A DNA stretch of 64,000 nucleotides, from assembly GCF_009914755.1 (NCBI RefSeq), contig NC_060947.1. One strand, given 5' to 3'. Positions 1-13,834 of the stretch are shown piece by piece. The position numbers and the translations under genes were made by a program. The first letter of the stretch is position 1. Each line of letters starts with the position of its first letter. The notes under the pieces were generated by a model. It was not told the origin of the DNA and ran no database searches. It worked only from the letters and a program-made list of their open reading frames with translations. This DNA comes from the human T2T-CHM13v2.0 reference genome, Homo sapiens.

Positions 1-85
1 CTCCCAAATTAATAAATATGTTATTTTTATGTCATCTGTGATGTTACTCTCACTATATGCATGGTGTACATAAATTCAACATTTA

Positions 86-448
<363 letters not shown>

Positions 449-734
449 AAAAGAGCAGTGACAGCTTGGTTACGGTTCTGTGAATTGAAATGCTAGGCTT
501 CCCTTAGGGTTAGTTCCTCCATAAGAAAGATGATAATTCTTCTATCCTCTACAAAGAAGTAAAATATTTATCTTCTCTCTTCACTCTTCCCTGCCTCACC
601 TATCACACACATTTCTGTACCTGATTATGGTGTTCTCCCTTGCCACTAATACTTGGGCCATGTTTCTGAAATCCAGAGCTTAAAGTTATCCAGAAAACTG
701 CTTAATGTAAAGCTTGCTTAGGGTGCAGCATGCT

Positions 735-945
735 GTAGTAGAAAAAGCTCAAACCAGACTTGAGAAAGCTAGATTCTAGTCCTAGCTTTGTTCTTTAAGA
801 ATGGCAAACTTTCTGCAAGTCATATACACTCTGAGCTTCCATTTCCTCATCTGGAAAAGATATATTATAAATACTGTTCTACTCACCTCTCAGGCACACT
901 GAAGGCTCAAAGGAGATGTATGTGACAATTTGTTTAGAACTGAGA
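735..945 (+). mobile_element. MIR SINE, diverged
   Basis: MIR core-like CTCTGAGCTTCCATTTCCTCATCTGGAAAA; boundaries approximate. Confidence 0.6.
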
Positions 946-2094
946 AAAAATATACTAATGTAATACACCATTAACAATATTTTCTATAAGAATCTCTATC
1001 TCTTACAGTCTCTCCGAAATTGACATTAGAAGAGAAAATTTAAGAATAATCTTAAATAGAAGACAAGCAATCCCTTATTTAACAACATCTGTGTCATAAA
1101 TGTTTCATATATGTTGTTTGCCACAGTTCTTCCAACTGTTTCTGTCAATGTAAAAACAACTGGAAATTTCAGACAACCTAAAGTTTACAAATAGAAGAAG
1201 GCAAGATGCTGTTTAATAAAATAAATCACTTCAAGACCCAATGATAGATTTAATAGTCATGTCCTTTAGCAGATGCCCAAATCCTAAAATTCACATGACC
1301 CTTAGATTTTTTTCACTGCTAGAAATCCTACCAATTATAGACTCCATTGCATTAATATGCATCTTCTTTGAAAATGCACGAAAATGCATGTTAATCTCTG
1401 CTTTATAAGGATGCAGATTTTGGTTGAGGTGCAGAGGTAGGTATTTTTGTGGCCAGTAATACTTTGTGGGAATGTAGACCTGAGCGATTTTCTCTGGTAG
1501 GGGATTAAGGAAGCATGCAGGTATTGGGCTCCAAGCCCAAGGAATAGGAGAAAAGTAGTAGGAGGGTAATAAAGATAATCTTCATCTATTTTTAATGAAA
1601 AAGTAACTAATGATAGCCCTGTAACTTACAATAGAAGAAATACTCTCCTTTCACTTCCTTCTCCTCTGTCTTCTGCTTTCAACACATGAGCCCTGTATTA
1701 GGGATACAACTATTACATGGTTTCTAATATCTAGGAGCTTCCTTACCTCAACCCTACATTTCAGGAATACAGCCCTCAGTATCCAGAAATCAGGCAGAGA
1801 CATTAGATCTAGAGTTACATTTCTGACCATAGTTTACTTTCCATGCTACCTTTTATATCAATACCCTTAGATCAATCAATCTGGAGCCTCTTAGATCAAT
1901 ATGCTTCTCTATTATCATCCCCTGACGTGTATATGGGAAGGATGGAAGTGGAGGGGAAGGAAAATATTGGGTCTCACCAAGGGTTACATGTATATGAGGC
2001 AACTGAAGAAAATGACTCTGCTTTTCCATATAAGATTCCATGTTGATTTTGTGGGCAAATTCAATTCCTTATCTTGAATGATATACAAAAGTTT

Positions 2095-2500
2095 AATATA
2101 TTCAGCAAATATTTCTTGAGCACCTTCCTTGTACCAGACACTGTGGCAGCTTATGGTATAATATGAGATGAATAAGCCATTATGCACATTCTAAAGAAGC
2201 TTACTGTTCACTGGGAAGAAGACACAGGCATCAGATTTCAAAACAATAAATAAATACTGTATTAGGAAAACAAACAGCGTTTTATGAAAGATCAGAAAAG
2301 ACTTTGTGCAGGGCAGGTTTTCAGACAAGATAAGAGGAAGTTGGAAAACTGCACCAGACAGAGGAAATAGAATGTGCAAAGTTTAGCATTGAGATAAGGC
2401 ATAACATATTTGAAGAAGTGCAGAAACTCTATTGTGGCTAGAAGATAGAGTGAGGTGAAAAGGTGGGAAGGGTAGCAAGAGAAAAGGCTGTGGCTGTGAG
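2095..2500 (-). mobile_element. L2 LINE 3' fragment
   Basis: TTCAGCAAATATTTCTTGAGCACC...CCAGACACTGTG is the reverse complement of the L2 3' end; boundaries approximate. Confidence 0.6.
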
Positions 2501-3176
2501 CCTTATATATTTTATTAACGTATTACAGTGGCTTTCCAATTATGTGTGATGATAACTCTGGAAGATTTTGGAGTTAGATGAGGTCAGTAAAGAATATTCT
2601 TCTACCATATCTGAGGTTAGAACCAACAGAGGGAGAAAAAAAAAGTCAGACAAATGTAGATAAAAATATCAACTTTATGTTGGAGAGTATAACTTTGTAT
2701 ATATTATAATGTCAAGTAGACTTGTTAATACTGCTTCCTTAATTTGAATTTATCTACCCAATCCCAGATACTACTGAAATACCCTAATAGTCTTCTATAG
2801 CACATCAGCCTTTGTCAACTTTACAGCATGGAGGAGCAGATAATTCATGCGTCCTGAAGGCAAACTATTTCCTGAAAAAAGAGCCCAGGAGCTAAAGAAC
2901 GTGAGTTGTCAGATTTCTTGTAATGAACAACCACAGTAGCAACAACAACAAACTCATTCAGACACATAAAATATGATAACAAAGAGAAGGTCTCAGAACT
3001 TCCACAAGGAAGAAAACAAAAGTTTTACTACAAAGGGGAGAGAATCAAATTGGCATCAGACTGTTCAGCAGCAATTTGTACCTCTGTGCATCTACTGAAC
3101 ATCTGTCATCCTTGAAAGTCCTGTTATACAATAAACAAGTAATCGAATCACACAAACAATAACTTCTTAAGAAAGT

Positions 3177-3260
3177 GAGGAGAACTCGGGAGACGGAGCT
3201 TGCAGTGAGCCAGGATGGCACCATTGCACTCCAGCCTGAGCAACAAGAGCAAAACTCTGA
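3177..3260 (+). mobile_element. Alu right-arm 3' fragment
   Basis: GGAGCTTGCAGTGAGCC...CCATTGCACTCCAGCCTG...CAAGAGCAAAACTC. Confidence 0.85.
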
Positions 3261-3293
3261 AAAAGAAAGAAAGAAAGAAAAGAAAGAAAGAAA

Positions 3294-3329
<36 letters not shown>

Positions 3330-3398
3330 GAGGAAGGAAGGGAGGGAGGGAGGGAGGGAGGAAGGGAGGAAGGGAGAGAGGGAGGGAGGGGAAGGGAA
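3259..3398 (+). repeat. Pure-purine compound microsatellite (GAAA)n-(GGAA)n-(GGGA)n
   Basis: 140 nt with only A/G, continuing from the Alu tail. Confidence 0.95.
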
Positions 3399-4128
3399 TA
3401 TTTGGGCACTTACATATTTGAAAAGGTATTTTGTGTTCAAACAAGATTGGTATATTGTGTGTAGAACTCTAGGATTAAAATGATGTTTCATTAGAACCTT
3501 GAAGTGTCACATCATTATTACTCCTACCATCCAATTTTTTTTCCTCTAATAATCTTCCACTCTGTTTTTGAAACTCAAATAGTTAAATAATGGATCTCTT
3601 GGATTAATTCCCTCTGTTTATTTTCCTCATATATTTGTTTCTTTTTTATTTGTTTTAAATCATATGACATCTCCACAAATTTTTCTTCTATCAGTTTCTA
3701 AGAGCTCTTTTTAGTGCTCTGATTGTTATTGCTTTTCCTGAGAACTCTCTTTTATGTTGCTATCTTCAAACGTGTAGTTATGTTTTTTTCTTTGTATTTT
3801 AAGATTTAGCAACAGAAAAGCTTTTCATATTCAAGAAGTTTGTTCACTCACAGAGTTTACTTTAAGGGAGAGAAGGCTGTTTCACAAAGTGACCCACAGA
3901 AGCCAATGTCATTCTGGAGGTTCTAATTACTACACTAGTTGCCTTAATTTCCCCAATAACATATAATTTTAACTTCTTTAGGAAAGTGTCTTATAATTTT
4001 ATTTGCTTATTTGTTTACCTGGGAGATAAATTTTGGCAGTGGGTGTTGCAAACCTAATAAGCCTCAGTGTTTTGAGGTTCCGTTTCTCTTTTCTGACCTC
4101 TTTGCATTAAAAGAGATTCAATAATTCT

Positions 4129-5743
<1,615 letters not shown>

Positions 5744-6636
5744 GAGATTCAATAATTCTGCAAGTCAAATTAACCTTCTCCCCAGTTGCAGATGATAGCT
5801 CCCACTGTCCCATTCATCAATTGCTAGAACATTTTCTAGAAATTTGTTGAAATCTTTTTCCACTAATGGCCTCCTTTAGTTATTATTATGATTTAGGATT
5901 AAAGGGGGCCTCAAGAAAAAGAGGGGTTAAAAGTGGTGTGTTCTGTCATTCTGAACTGGAAGCCTTTGTGAGTCCTTCAAATTTCAACATTGCTAGGTTC
6001 GTTTCTCAAATGATTGTTATGAATAACGCTGCCACCAGTGATATATGAGAATACTTGTTGCCCTGTGTCCTTCACAACAATGAATATTATTGCTCTTTTG
6101 AATATTGACCATTCTAATAGGTTAAAAATGGCATATCTTTATTGTTTTGCTTTGCAGTTTTTTTGATTAAAAAAGAAGCTGAGTAACTTTGGATCTCAGA
6201 TGGGATTTTTCTCTGGTAGAGTTTGCTTTTTATGTACTTTGATCATTTTATTGCGGATATAAACTTTTTATTCATTTGTAGCAGTTGTTTGTATATGTTA
6301 TGTATTGATAGATACCAGATAAATTTAAAAATCAGTTCTACTATTATAAAGCAGCAAAAAAGTTGCTTTATATATATTAGTTGTTACACAACAACAAAGG
6401 ATGTACCTAGGAATACATCTAATAAAGGATGTGCATGACCTTTAAGTAGAAAATTACATAACGTTATTGGAGAGTATGAAAGAATGCCTAACGAAATGAA
6501 AAGATGTACTTTGCTTATGGATAGAGGACTCAATACGAAAAAATGCGGATTCTTTCCAAACTCATTTATAGCTTCAATGACAGGTCAATTAAAATTTCCC
6601 CAAAATTCACTGTGGAACTTGACAGCTGATTCTAAT

Positions 6637-6638
<2 letters not shown>

Positions 6639-6678
<40 letters not shown>
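6639..6678 (+). repeat. (AC)20 microsatellite
   Basis: Perfect dinucleotide run. Confidence 0.97.
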
Positions 6679-6680
<2 letters not shown>

Positions 6681-6988
6681 ATGAATGAACAAAAGGCCAA
6701 CATTAGCAAAGATAATCCTGAAAAAGAAGTTTGTGACTGGAGAGAGAGATGTTCCTTATCTGATATAGATATTTATTATAAAACCATAGTTATACAGATA
6801 GTGTGACATTCATAGATACACAGATGAGCCAATGGAACAGAATGGAGAGGCTAAAAATAAATCTATGTCTATATATCTATCTATATCTATCTATATATAT
6901 GCACACACATATATATGGAAACGATATATAACAGAGATGCATTGCAGATTAGTATGTAAAGAGCATAATATTTAATAAACAATGTGGT

Positions 6989-7061
6989 TGTATACATATG
7001 TAACAAACCTGCACGTTGTGCACATGTACCCTAGATCTTAAAGTATAATTAAAAATAAATA
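6989..7061 (+). mobile_element. Extremely truncated L1PA 3' end (~70 bp)
   Basis: TGTATACATATGTAACAAACCTGCACGTTGTGCACATGTACCCTAGATCTTAAAGTATAAT + A tail; TSD AATAAACAAT(G/A)TGGT at 6974-6988 and 7062-7076. Confidence 0.9.
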
Positions 7062-7252
7062 AATAAACAATATGGTACAATTGATCTTCTGTGTGAAGAA
7101 ATAAAATTGTTTCCCAACCTCACACCAGAAACAAAATCAATTCCGATTGGATTAAGGTGGCAAATCTGAAAGGCAAAACGTAAAAAAAAAATTCACATGA
7201 CAATATAGAGGAAATCTTCTATACCTGATGTTAGATAAAAATTTTATAATCA

Positions 7253-7504
<252 letters not shown>

Positions 7505-7552
7505 TCAAACCAGAGAAAAATGCAGATAAATTGTATTTCAAATTACAAATTT

Positions 7553-7844
7553 TTTTTCTTTTTTTTTTTTTTGAGACAGAGTTTTGCTCTTGTTGCCCAG
7601 GCTGGAGTGAAATGGTGTGATCTCTGGCTCACCACAACCTCTGCCTCCTGGGTTCAAGCGATTCTCCTGCCTCAGCCTCCCGAGTAGCTGGGATTACAGG
7701 CATGTGCCACCACTTTGTATTTTTAGTAGAGATGAGGTTTCTCCATGTTGGTCAGGGTGGTCTCGAACTCCCAACCTCCAGTGATCCGCCCACGTAGGCC
7801 TCCCGAAGTACCGGGATTACAGGCGTGAGCCACGGCACCCGGCC
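7553..7844 (-). mobile_element. AluS (Sp-like)
   Basis: polyT...GAGACAGAGTTTTGCTCTTGTTG...CCCGGCC; TSD TACAAATTT at 7544-7552 and 7845-7853. Confidence 0.93.
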
Positions 7845-9129
7845 TACAAATTTCAATTCTTTAAAAGATATTTAAATACTGAAAAGACAAACCACAAACT
7901 GAAAACGTATTGGTGACACATATAGCCATAAAATGTTATTTTATTGATATATAAAATGTCTATTAATGAACAAAGCAGATAGCTATGAAATAGGCAAAAG
8001 AAATCCATAGGTATTTTGTAATTGAAACAACAAGAATGGCCAATAAGTTATTAAAAGATACACAGATTCATTAATATTTAGGAACAAAACCATAATGAGA
8101 CACTATTACATCACATTGGTAAACATTTAAAAGTCTGAAAATACTAAATGTTGGGAAGTTAGTGGAAGAAGAGAAACTCATATACCAGTGATGGAATGTA
8201 AAATGGTACAATCACTTTGGAAAATAATTTGCCATGGCCTGGTAAAGTTGACCATGTGCATGTCCTACAAGCTAGCAATTTCACTTCAGGTACAGCCATA
8301 GAACACTGGCTTTCAAATTCTCATGACTCACAGTAAAAGTAAAATTTACATCATGAGTCAGTGTATACTTGCATATATTTTGACTAATGTTGAAACATGT
8401 GTGTTTCAAAATAATACTCACTGCTGTTACTTTTGATGCATTCTGATTTTTTCATGTTCTATTCTTTTCTGCACAATTTCCTTTTATCCTAGATGTGACT
8501 CAACCCACTAACTGGTCACAACTCTCAGTTTGAAAAATATAAGTTTAGAGAAAGCTTTTGAGTGTGCACTTGGAGACACAGAAAAGAATGTTCATAACTG
8601 CACTTCTTAAAATAGGAAAAAAATAGAAACAACCCAAATGCTTTTCAATAGTACAATAGATAAAGAAATTGTCGTTTATTCATACAGTGTAAGAATACTA
8701 TGTATGTGAGGAAATGAATGTCTTATAGCTACACACTACTCTATGAATGGATCTCTGAAACATGTTGAGTAAAAACACAAGTTGCAGAAGACTATATATA
8801 TATGTATTTGTCCATTTATATTAAAGTCAAAACCACAAAATTATACACTGTTTAGAGACACATATTTATATATTTTATTTATTTATATGGTAAACTGTAA
8901 GAAATACAAGAGAGTGATTTAGACAAAATTTAGGAAAGTGAATCTTCTGGGAAGATGAAGGTGGATGCCATAAAGGGGTGACACACTGGGTATACCTAAC
9001 GTATTGCTAATGTGCTCTGTTCATTTCATTAATAATCCCTAAACTGTCCCCATTATTATATAGGCTTTTTTATGTAATGATATAGTTTATAACTTTAAAA
9101 TGTAAAGGAATGAATTTATTATTTTATTT

Positions 9130-9470
9130 AGCAAATATTTAGTAAATGCCTGCTAGGGACAAAAAGATAAAAATCCCTGTTCTCATGGTGCTTGCATTCT
9201 AGTGAGGGGAAGACAGACAATAAATAAGACTAATCAGTAAAAGAACTTCTATTTTAGAAAGTGATAAATGCTAAGGATGAAACATAAATCAGCAAAGGAG
9301 TTATGGAATGTGGAATATGGGTGTCAAGGAAGCCCTTCACAAAAAGTAAGGGAGTAGAAGATGAGGTGTGAGGAGAAATTAGGACCAGATCTAAGTGAGA
9401 TGGGAAGCCATTCGAAAGTGTCAAGCACAGGGGTAGATTTAATCTGATGTACTTTTTAACAGCCTCACTG
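9130..9470 (-). mobile_element. L2 fragment
   Basis: GCAAATATTTAGTAAATGCC...ATCCCTGTTCTCATGGTGCTTGCATTCTAGTGAGGGGAAGACAGACAATAAA. Confidence 0.65.
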
Positions 9471-10021
9471 CTAATTAATGCCCTATCACTAGAATAAAAA
9501 ATAAAATGGGTATCATAAGTGTTCTAAAATGTTACTCTGAAGATAAGAAATAAGGTATTAAGTACACCAAGGCCGAAACCCTAAAATAATGGTAACTACA
9601 TTACTTTTGGATGTTTTTGAGCAAAATGATAACATAAGAGAAACAACAAAATACTTAAGAAAGAAGACATATTGGTGTGGGGGTTATAGTCAAGAACATC
9701 AGGTTGGCAGCTATTAGAATAGTCCACCTGTGAGGCAGTGCTGTGCCCTGAACCCTCTGATAAGTACTACAGTGAGGCTTCAGGGCATTTGCTGTTTGAG
9801 CCTATCTTCATGTACACGTCCAGTTTTGCAGTCCCCCTTTCCCGCAAAGCTTTTCTTTCATCTTGAAATAATGTCGGAAAGAAATGACTGTCAGGAATCT
9901 ATGTAGGAGCTACATGTAGAGCTACATATATAGTCATGTAGAGATCATAGTTTCCAATGTGATCTTATTGGACAAACCACACACCTGTTCATTACTCAGC
10001 GCCTGGCAATTATTTCTATAG

Positions 10022-10094
10022 CTGAGAAGCTAAAAAAAGAATTACCTGAAATGTATACACCAAACAAAGATGATCTTGGGGAGAAGTTTGAAAA
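10022..10094 (+). other. Candidate internal exon (coding or lncRNA)
   Basis: TATTTCTATAG acceptor, AAA|GTAAGT donor; only one open frame (AEKLKKELPEMYTPNKDDLGEKFE); non-repetitive sequence. Confidence 0.3.
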
Positions 10095-12204
10095 GTAAGT
10101 GCAAAAGTAATGATATAGTTGTCTGCTTCTTATTTCATTGTGTCTGATCACTTTCACAAGTCTATTAACAAAAGTGAGTCCACAAGCAGACACTGAGATT
10201 TATATGCAGAAGTACTTGTTAACTTCTATTGTAGAAGATATGAACATGTGAAATTTTACATGTGAGAAGTTTGCAAAAAATAAAAATGTTAGAAGTATTA
10301 GTTCACAAAATATAATCATATTTACAAGTATATAGTTTGCTATGCATAATAGCTATACAAGTCAACCTCATTTATTTTCCTTTAGAAGCTTTTACAAACT
10401 CTATTACTGGGCATAAATAATACAGTAAATTAGCATTTTCAAAGTCTAGTATGATTCAGATAAATGATAAGAGGTATGGAAATGACACATGGGAAATGTC
10501 AGATATGTGGAGGGAAATTTAAAGAGTCATTTTTATTGATTTATTTTCCTTGTACCTAAAATCAGATACTAAACCTGGGAAGCATGGGAATTTTACCGAT
10601 ATTAATTTGACACTGAGATGGTAGGGCAAAACAAATACAAATGAGACATCTATGAATGTCACAGGAATTGCTACTGACATAAAGAAACTTTTGTCTCTGT
10701 GCCATTGGCTAAAATCAAGCTGGTGCTGGTCAATGCTATTACAATACCCTGTAGGACATTGATCACAAGAATTTCTTGCACAAGAATTTAATTGCACTTA
10801 GTATTGGTTAGAATACATGAACCAAACTCCAGACTTCGCAATCTTTGTTACACGGAGGTTTATATTAGATATGTATGGAATGATAAAAAAATAAAAACTG
10901 AGTGTTATATGTTTAACTTGTGGTATAAATGAATTAGGTTGAATTTATTTCAAAATAGACTGACTTAAAAAAATAACTCACTTAGAAATTAATCAGTCAG
11001 AAGCACTTTTGGGCACGCAACACTTCAGTGTACAACAGTATCATGAGTCAGGAAAAATGGACTGATGTTGGGGCTATCCGAGGGCTGATCTTCCTCCACA
11101 AGGGAGACTGCCCCCAAGACCTGAAGCCAAGGTTCTCCCAGTGATAGAAAAGTATCAGGCAGAGGGAATTCATCAAAAGGAGGCTGTTAGTAAATTAATA
11201 ATGAAATGAAGCAAGGCTCACATTGAAACCTGCTGAGACTTAGAGTGCTTAAATTGACCAAGAATTGGCTGAGGGAGAGGATCAAGGCCACTTTAGGTCA
11301 AGTTAGGAAAGAAATTACCATTCCTTTGTTTGCTTTTACTTTGGGTCTTGAATTGACTACTTTGTTATTTTCAACACACAGCACTGTATAGAGCATTTTA
11401 TTTGTTCATTCTACAAATATTTATTAAGCAACTATAATGTGACAGATACTTTTCTCAGTGCAGGCATAAAGTGATGAGCAAAATAGGTATGATCACTGTA
11501 CTCATTAATTTAATGGTCTAGTGGGATAGGCAAACAAGCAAATTAATCTATACATATATACAAGAATATATACATACAAATCAAGAACAGTCCTCTAAAG
11601 GAAAACAATAACGTGCAATAAAGGAAAATAGCAGGGATACTTACTAGTTGATTGCATGTTAAGGAAGGCTTCTCAAAGAACGTGACTCATTTCATTTAAA
11701 ACTCAATTATCCCTATTTTACACACGAGAAAAGGGAGATTTAAAGTGACTAAGTGCCAGCAGTTAACTCAGCTAGTACTGATAAGGAACTGGGATCAAAT
11801 CAGGCCTGCCTGATACTGTATTTTATGCCTGCTATTGTATTTTATGCTCTTAACTACTGACCTTAACCATAAGGTTGAGGAACAGGTGTCTGTGAGTTTC
11901 CCTGAACTGCTTGTTTGGGTTTATTTCGGTTCTGAGCAACAGCACTATCCATGCCACCTAACAATCAGCACTGCTTTAGCTTCTGATAGTCAGCAGAGGT
12001 CAGAGTGTGATACCAAGAAACAAAGAGATAACAAGACCGAACCACAAGGTTGTGGTCATAAATTCACAGCAGTACATATAGCAGCATTTGATTGGTATGA
12101 AATAATCGCATCATATTTTGGGTTAAACCATGTATTTATTTACATAAATCTTGTTAAACATTGAAGTTCAACTACAGTTGTGGAACTCTCTTCACCTTTT
12201 CCAG

Positions 12205-12290
12205 AAATTTGGTTAAGTGCAGTAACAGGCTAAGCAACTTTTAGAGCTGCTCTTATTAATGAAGCATCCAGTTGCATATTTTTGATCCAA
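12205..12290 (+). other. Candidate non-coding exon
   Basis: Strong acceptor CTCTCTTCACCTTTTCCAG and donor CAA|GTAAGT; stops in all three frames. Confidence 0.3.
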
Positions 12291-12779
12291 GTAAGTGAGA
12301 ACAACAGAATAAAATCAACTAAGACAAATAACACATTAGTAGAAGGATAAGAACAAAAATTAACAAACTCATACAAAGACAAAGAGAATATTAATACAGG
12401 AAAAGCTGATTCTTTGCAGAAAGAGAATAGCTAGCAAGAGATGGTGTCAAGTCCAGGAAACATTTCCTTATATTCTTTATTGCCAAATGTGCCATCTTTG
12501 GCTAATTTCATTTCTGCCACCACAAAAAAAAGGGAGCAGCACTCTTATTTAGCAAAATGTCATGGCTTTTGTTTGCATTGAAACAATATATATCTTCTTT
12601 CATCTGTAGTTTCCTAAGAAAATTTATTTAGTACTGGTTACATAATTACTTTGGATCCTGACCTGTGGCTGAGAACCATCCCAGTCAGATGCAGCGGTGG
12701 GACCAATACATGAGCTGAGGCTTCAATCCCCTGACACTTGCTCTATTGTCCCATCTGACTTCATTTACCAGACACAATT

Positions 12780-12908
12780 TCTCACAGAAAAAAAGAAATT
12801 AAGAACTTCAAGATTGCAACTACAGAGCCTTAAACCCAGTGTGAGGCACTTCTGAGCACAGGGTCCTGTGTGACTATACTGGCAACATGCCCATGAAAGC
12901 AGCCCTGG
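12780..12908 (-). mobile_element. MER91A-like hAT-Tip100 fragment
   Basis: TTCAAGATTGCAACTACAGAGCCTTAAACC...CCCATGAAAGCAGCCCTG matches the reverse complement of the MER91A terminus. Confidence 0.65.
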
Positions 12909-13309
12909 TTGATCAAGTGATTGTTCCTTACGTAGGGGCTTTTGCCATTTAAGCTCTTGTAGCTTTAATAGGCAACCATACTGAGCTAATTCCATCAAAT
13001 GGTACATGTACCAATAGAATAGCTCTTCCAACTGAAGATCACTTGTTTAACTTTTAAAAATGGAGTTCTGGAGCACTTAAATCAATAAATACTTGTGCGT
13101 CCACTGTGTTTGGGGTAAATCAACAAAAGTAAAGACAAACTTCCTCTTCCCCAAGAGCTCACAAATCTAATTGGAGAGGGAGAAATAAGATACGGTCAAT
13201 GGATGTATATCTAACTTATTTTTCTTAAAAGCTTCATAATGTAACATAATGTGCCACTATTTACTCAAATATTTCCCTAATGTTGGGCAGTCATATTATT
13301 GTCAGTCAG

Positions 13310-13790
13310 TCATATCAGTTAGCTTTTGCTGTGTAACTAACCGCCCCTAAATTTAACGGTTGAAATTAATCATTTATTAATTTCCATGATTCCGTGGGTT
13401 GGTTGGGAAGTTTTTCTCATCTAGGTCAACTCAGCTGATATATCCTGGGCTCACTCTTGTGTTTATGATATGCAAGCAAATTGACAGAAGGCTGGATATC
13501 CAGGATAGTCTCATTCTTATCTCTGACAGTTGGAAAGCTGTTGACCAGAGTGACAGGACTGACAGGTACACATGTCTCTTGTCATCCGTCATTCTAGCTA
13601 GTTTCATTCACGTGGTAATCTAACGCTTCCAAGAAAAAGATCAAGCTTCAATGCACAAGCACTTTTGAAGCCTCTTGATCATATTTGTTAATGTCCTATT
13701 GGCCAAATAAATCACATGGCCAACTCAAATTTAAGGGACAGAGAAACAAAATTCACCTCCTAATGAAAAAAAGTGATCACTTTTACAATA
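13310..13790 (-). mobile_element. MLT1-type (ERVL-MaLR) solo LTR
   Basis: ATCAGTTAGCTTTTGCTGTGTAACTAACC...CCTATTGGCCAAATAAATCACATGGCCAA, typical of old MLT1 LTRs. Confidence 0.65.
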
Positions 13791-13834
13791 TTTTGCACTA
13801 GTTTTTCTGATACTATATAATAAAGATATTTATG

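Noticed and set aside
1843-2046. 67-aa ATG ORF in unique sequence
   Set aside because: No recognisable family; length expected by chance
3045-3491. Several overlapping 70-150 aa ORFs
   Set aside because: Stop-free artefacts of the Alu fragment and purine microsatellite
9901-9943. Short GAGCTACATGTA repeats with a CTACATGTAG palindrome
   Set aside because: Too short; consistent with local slippage
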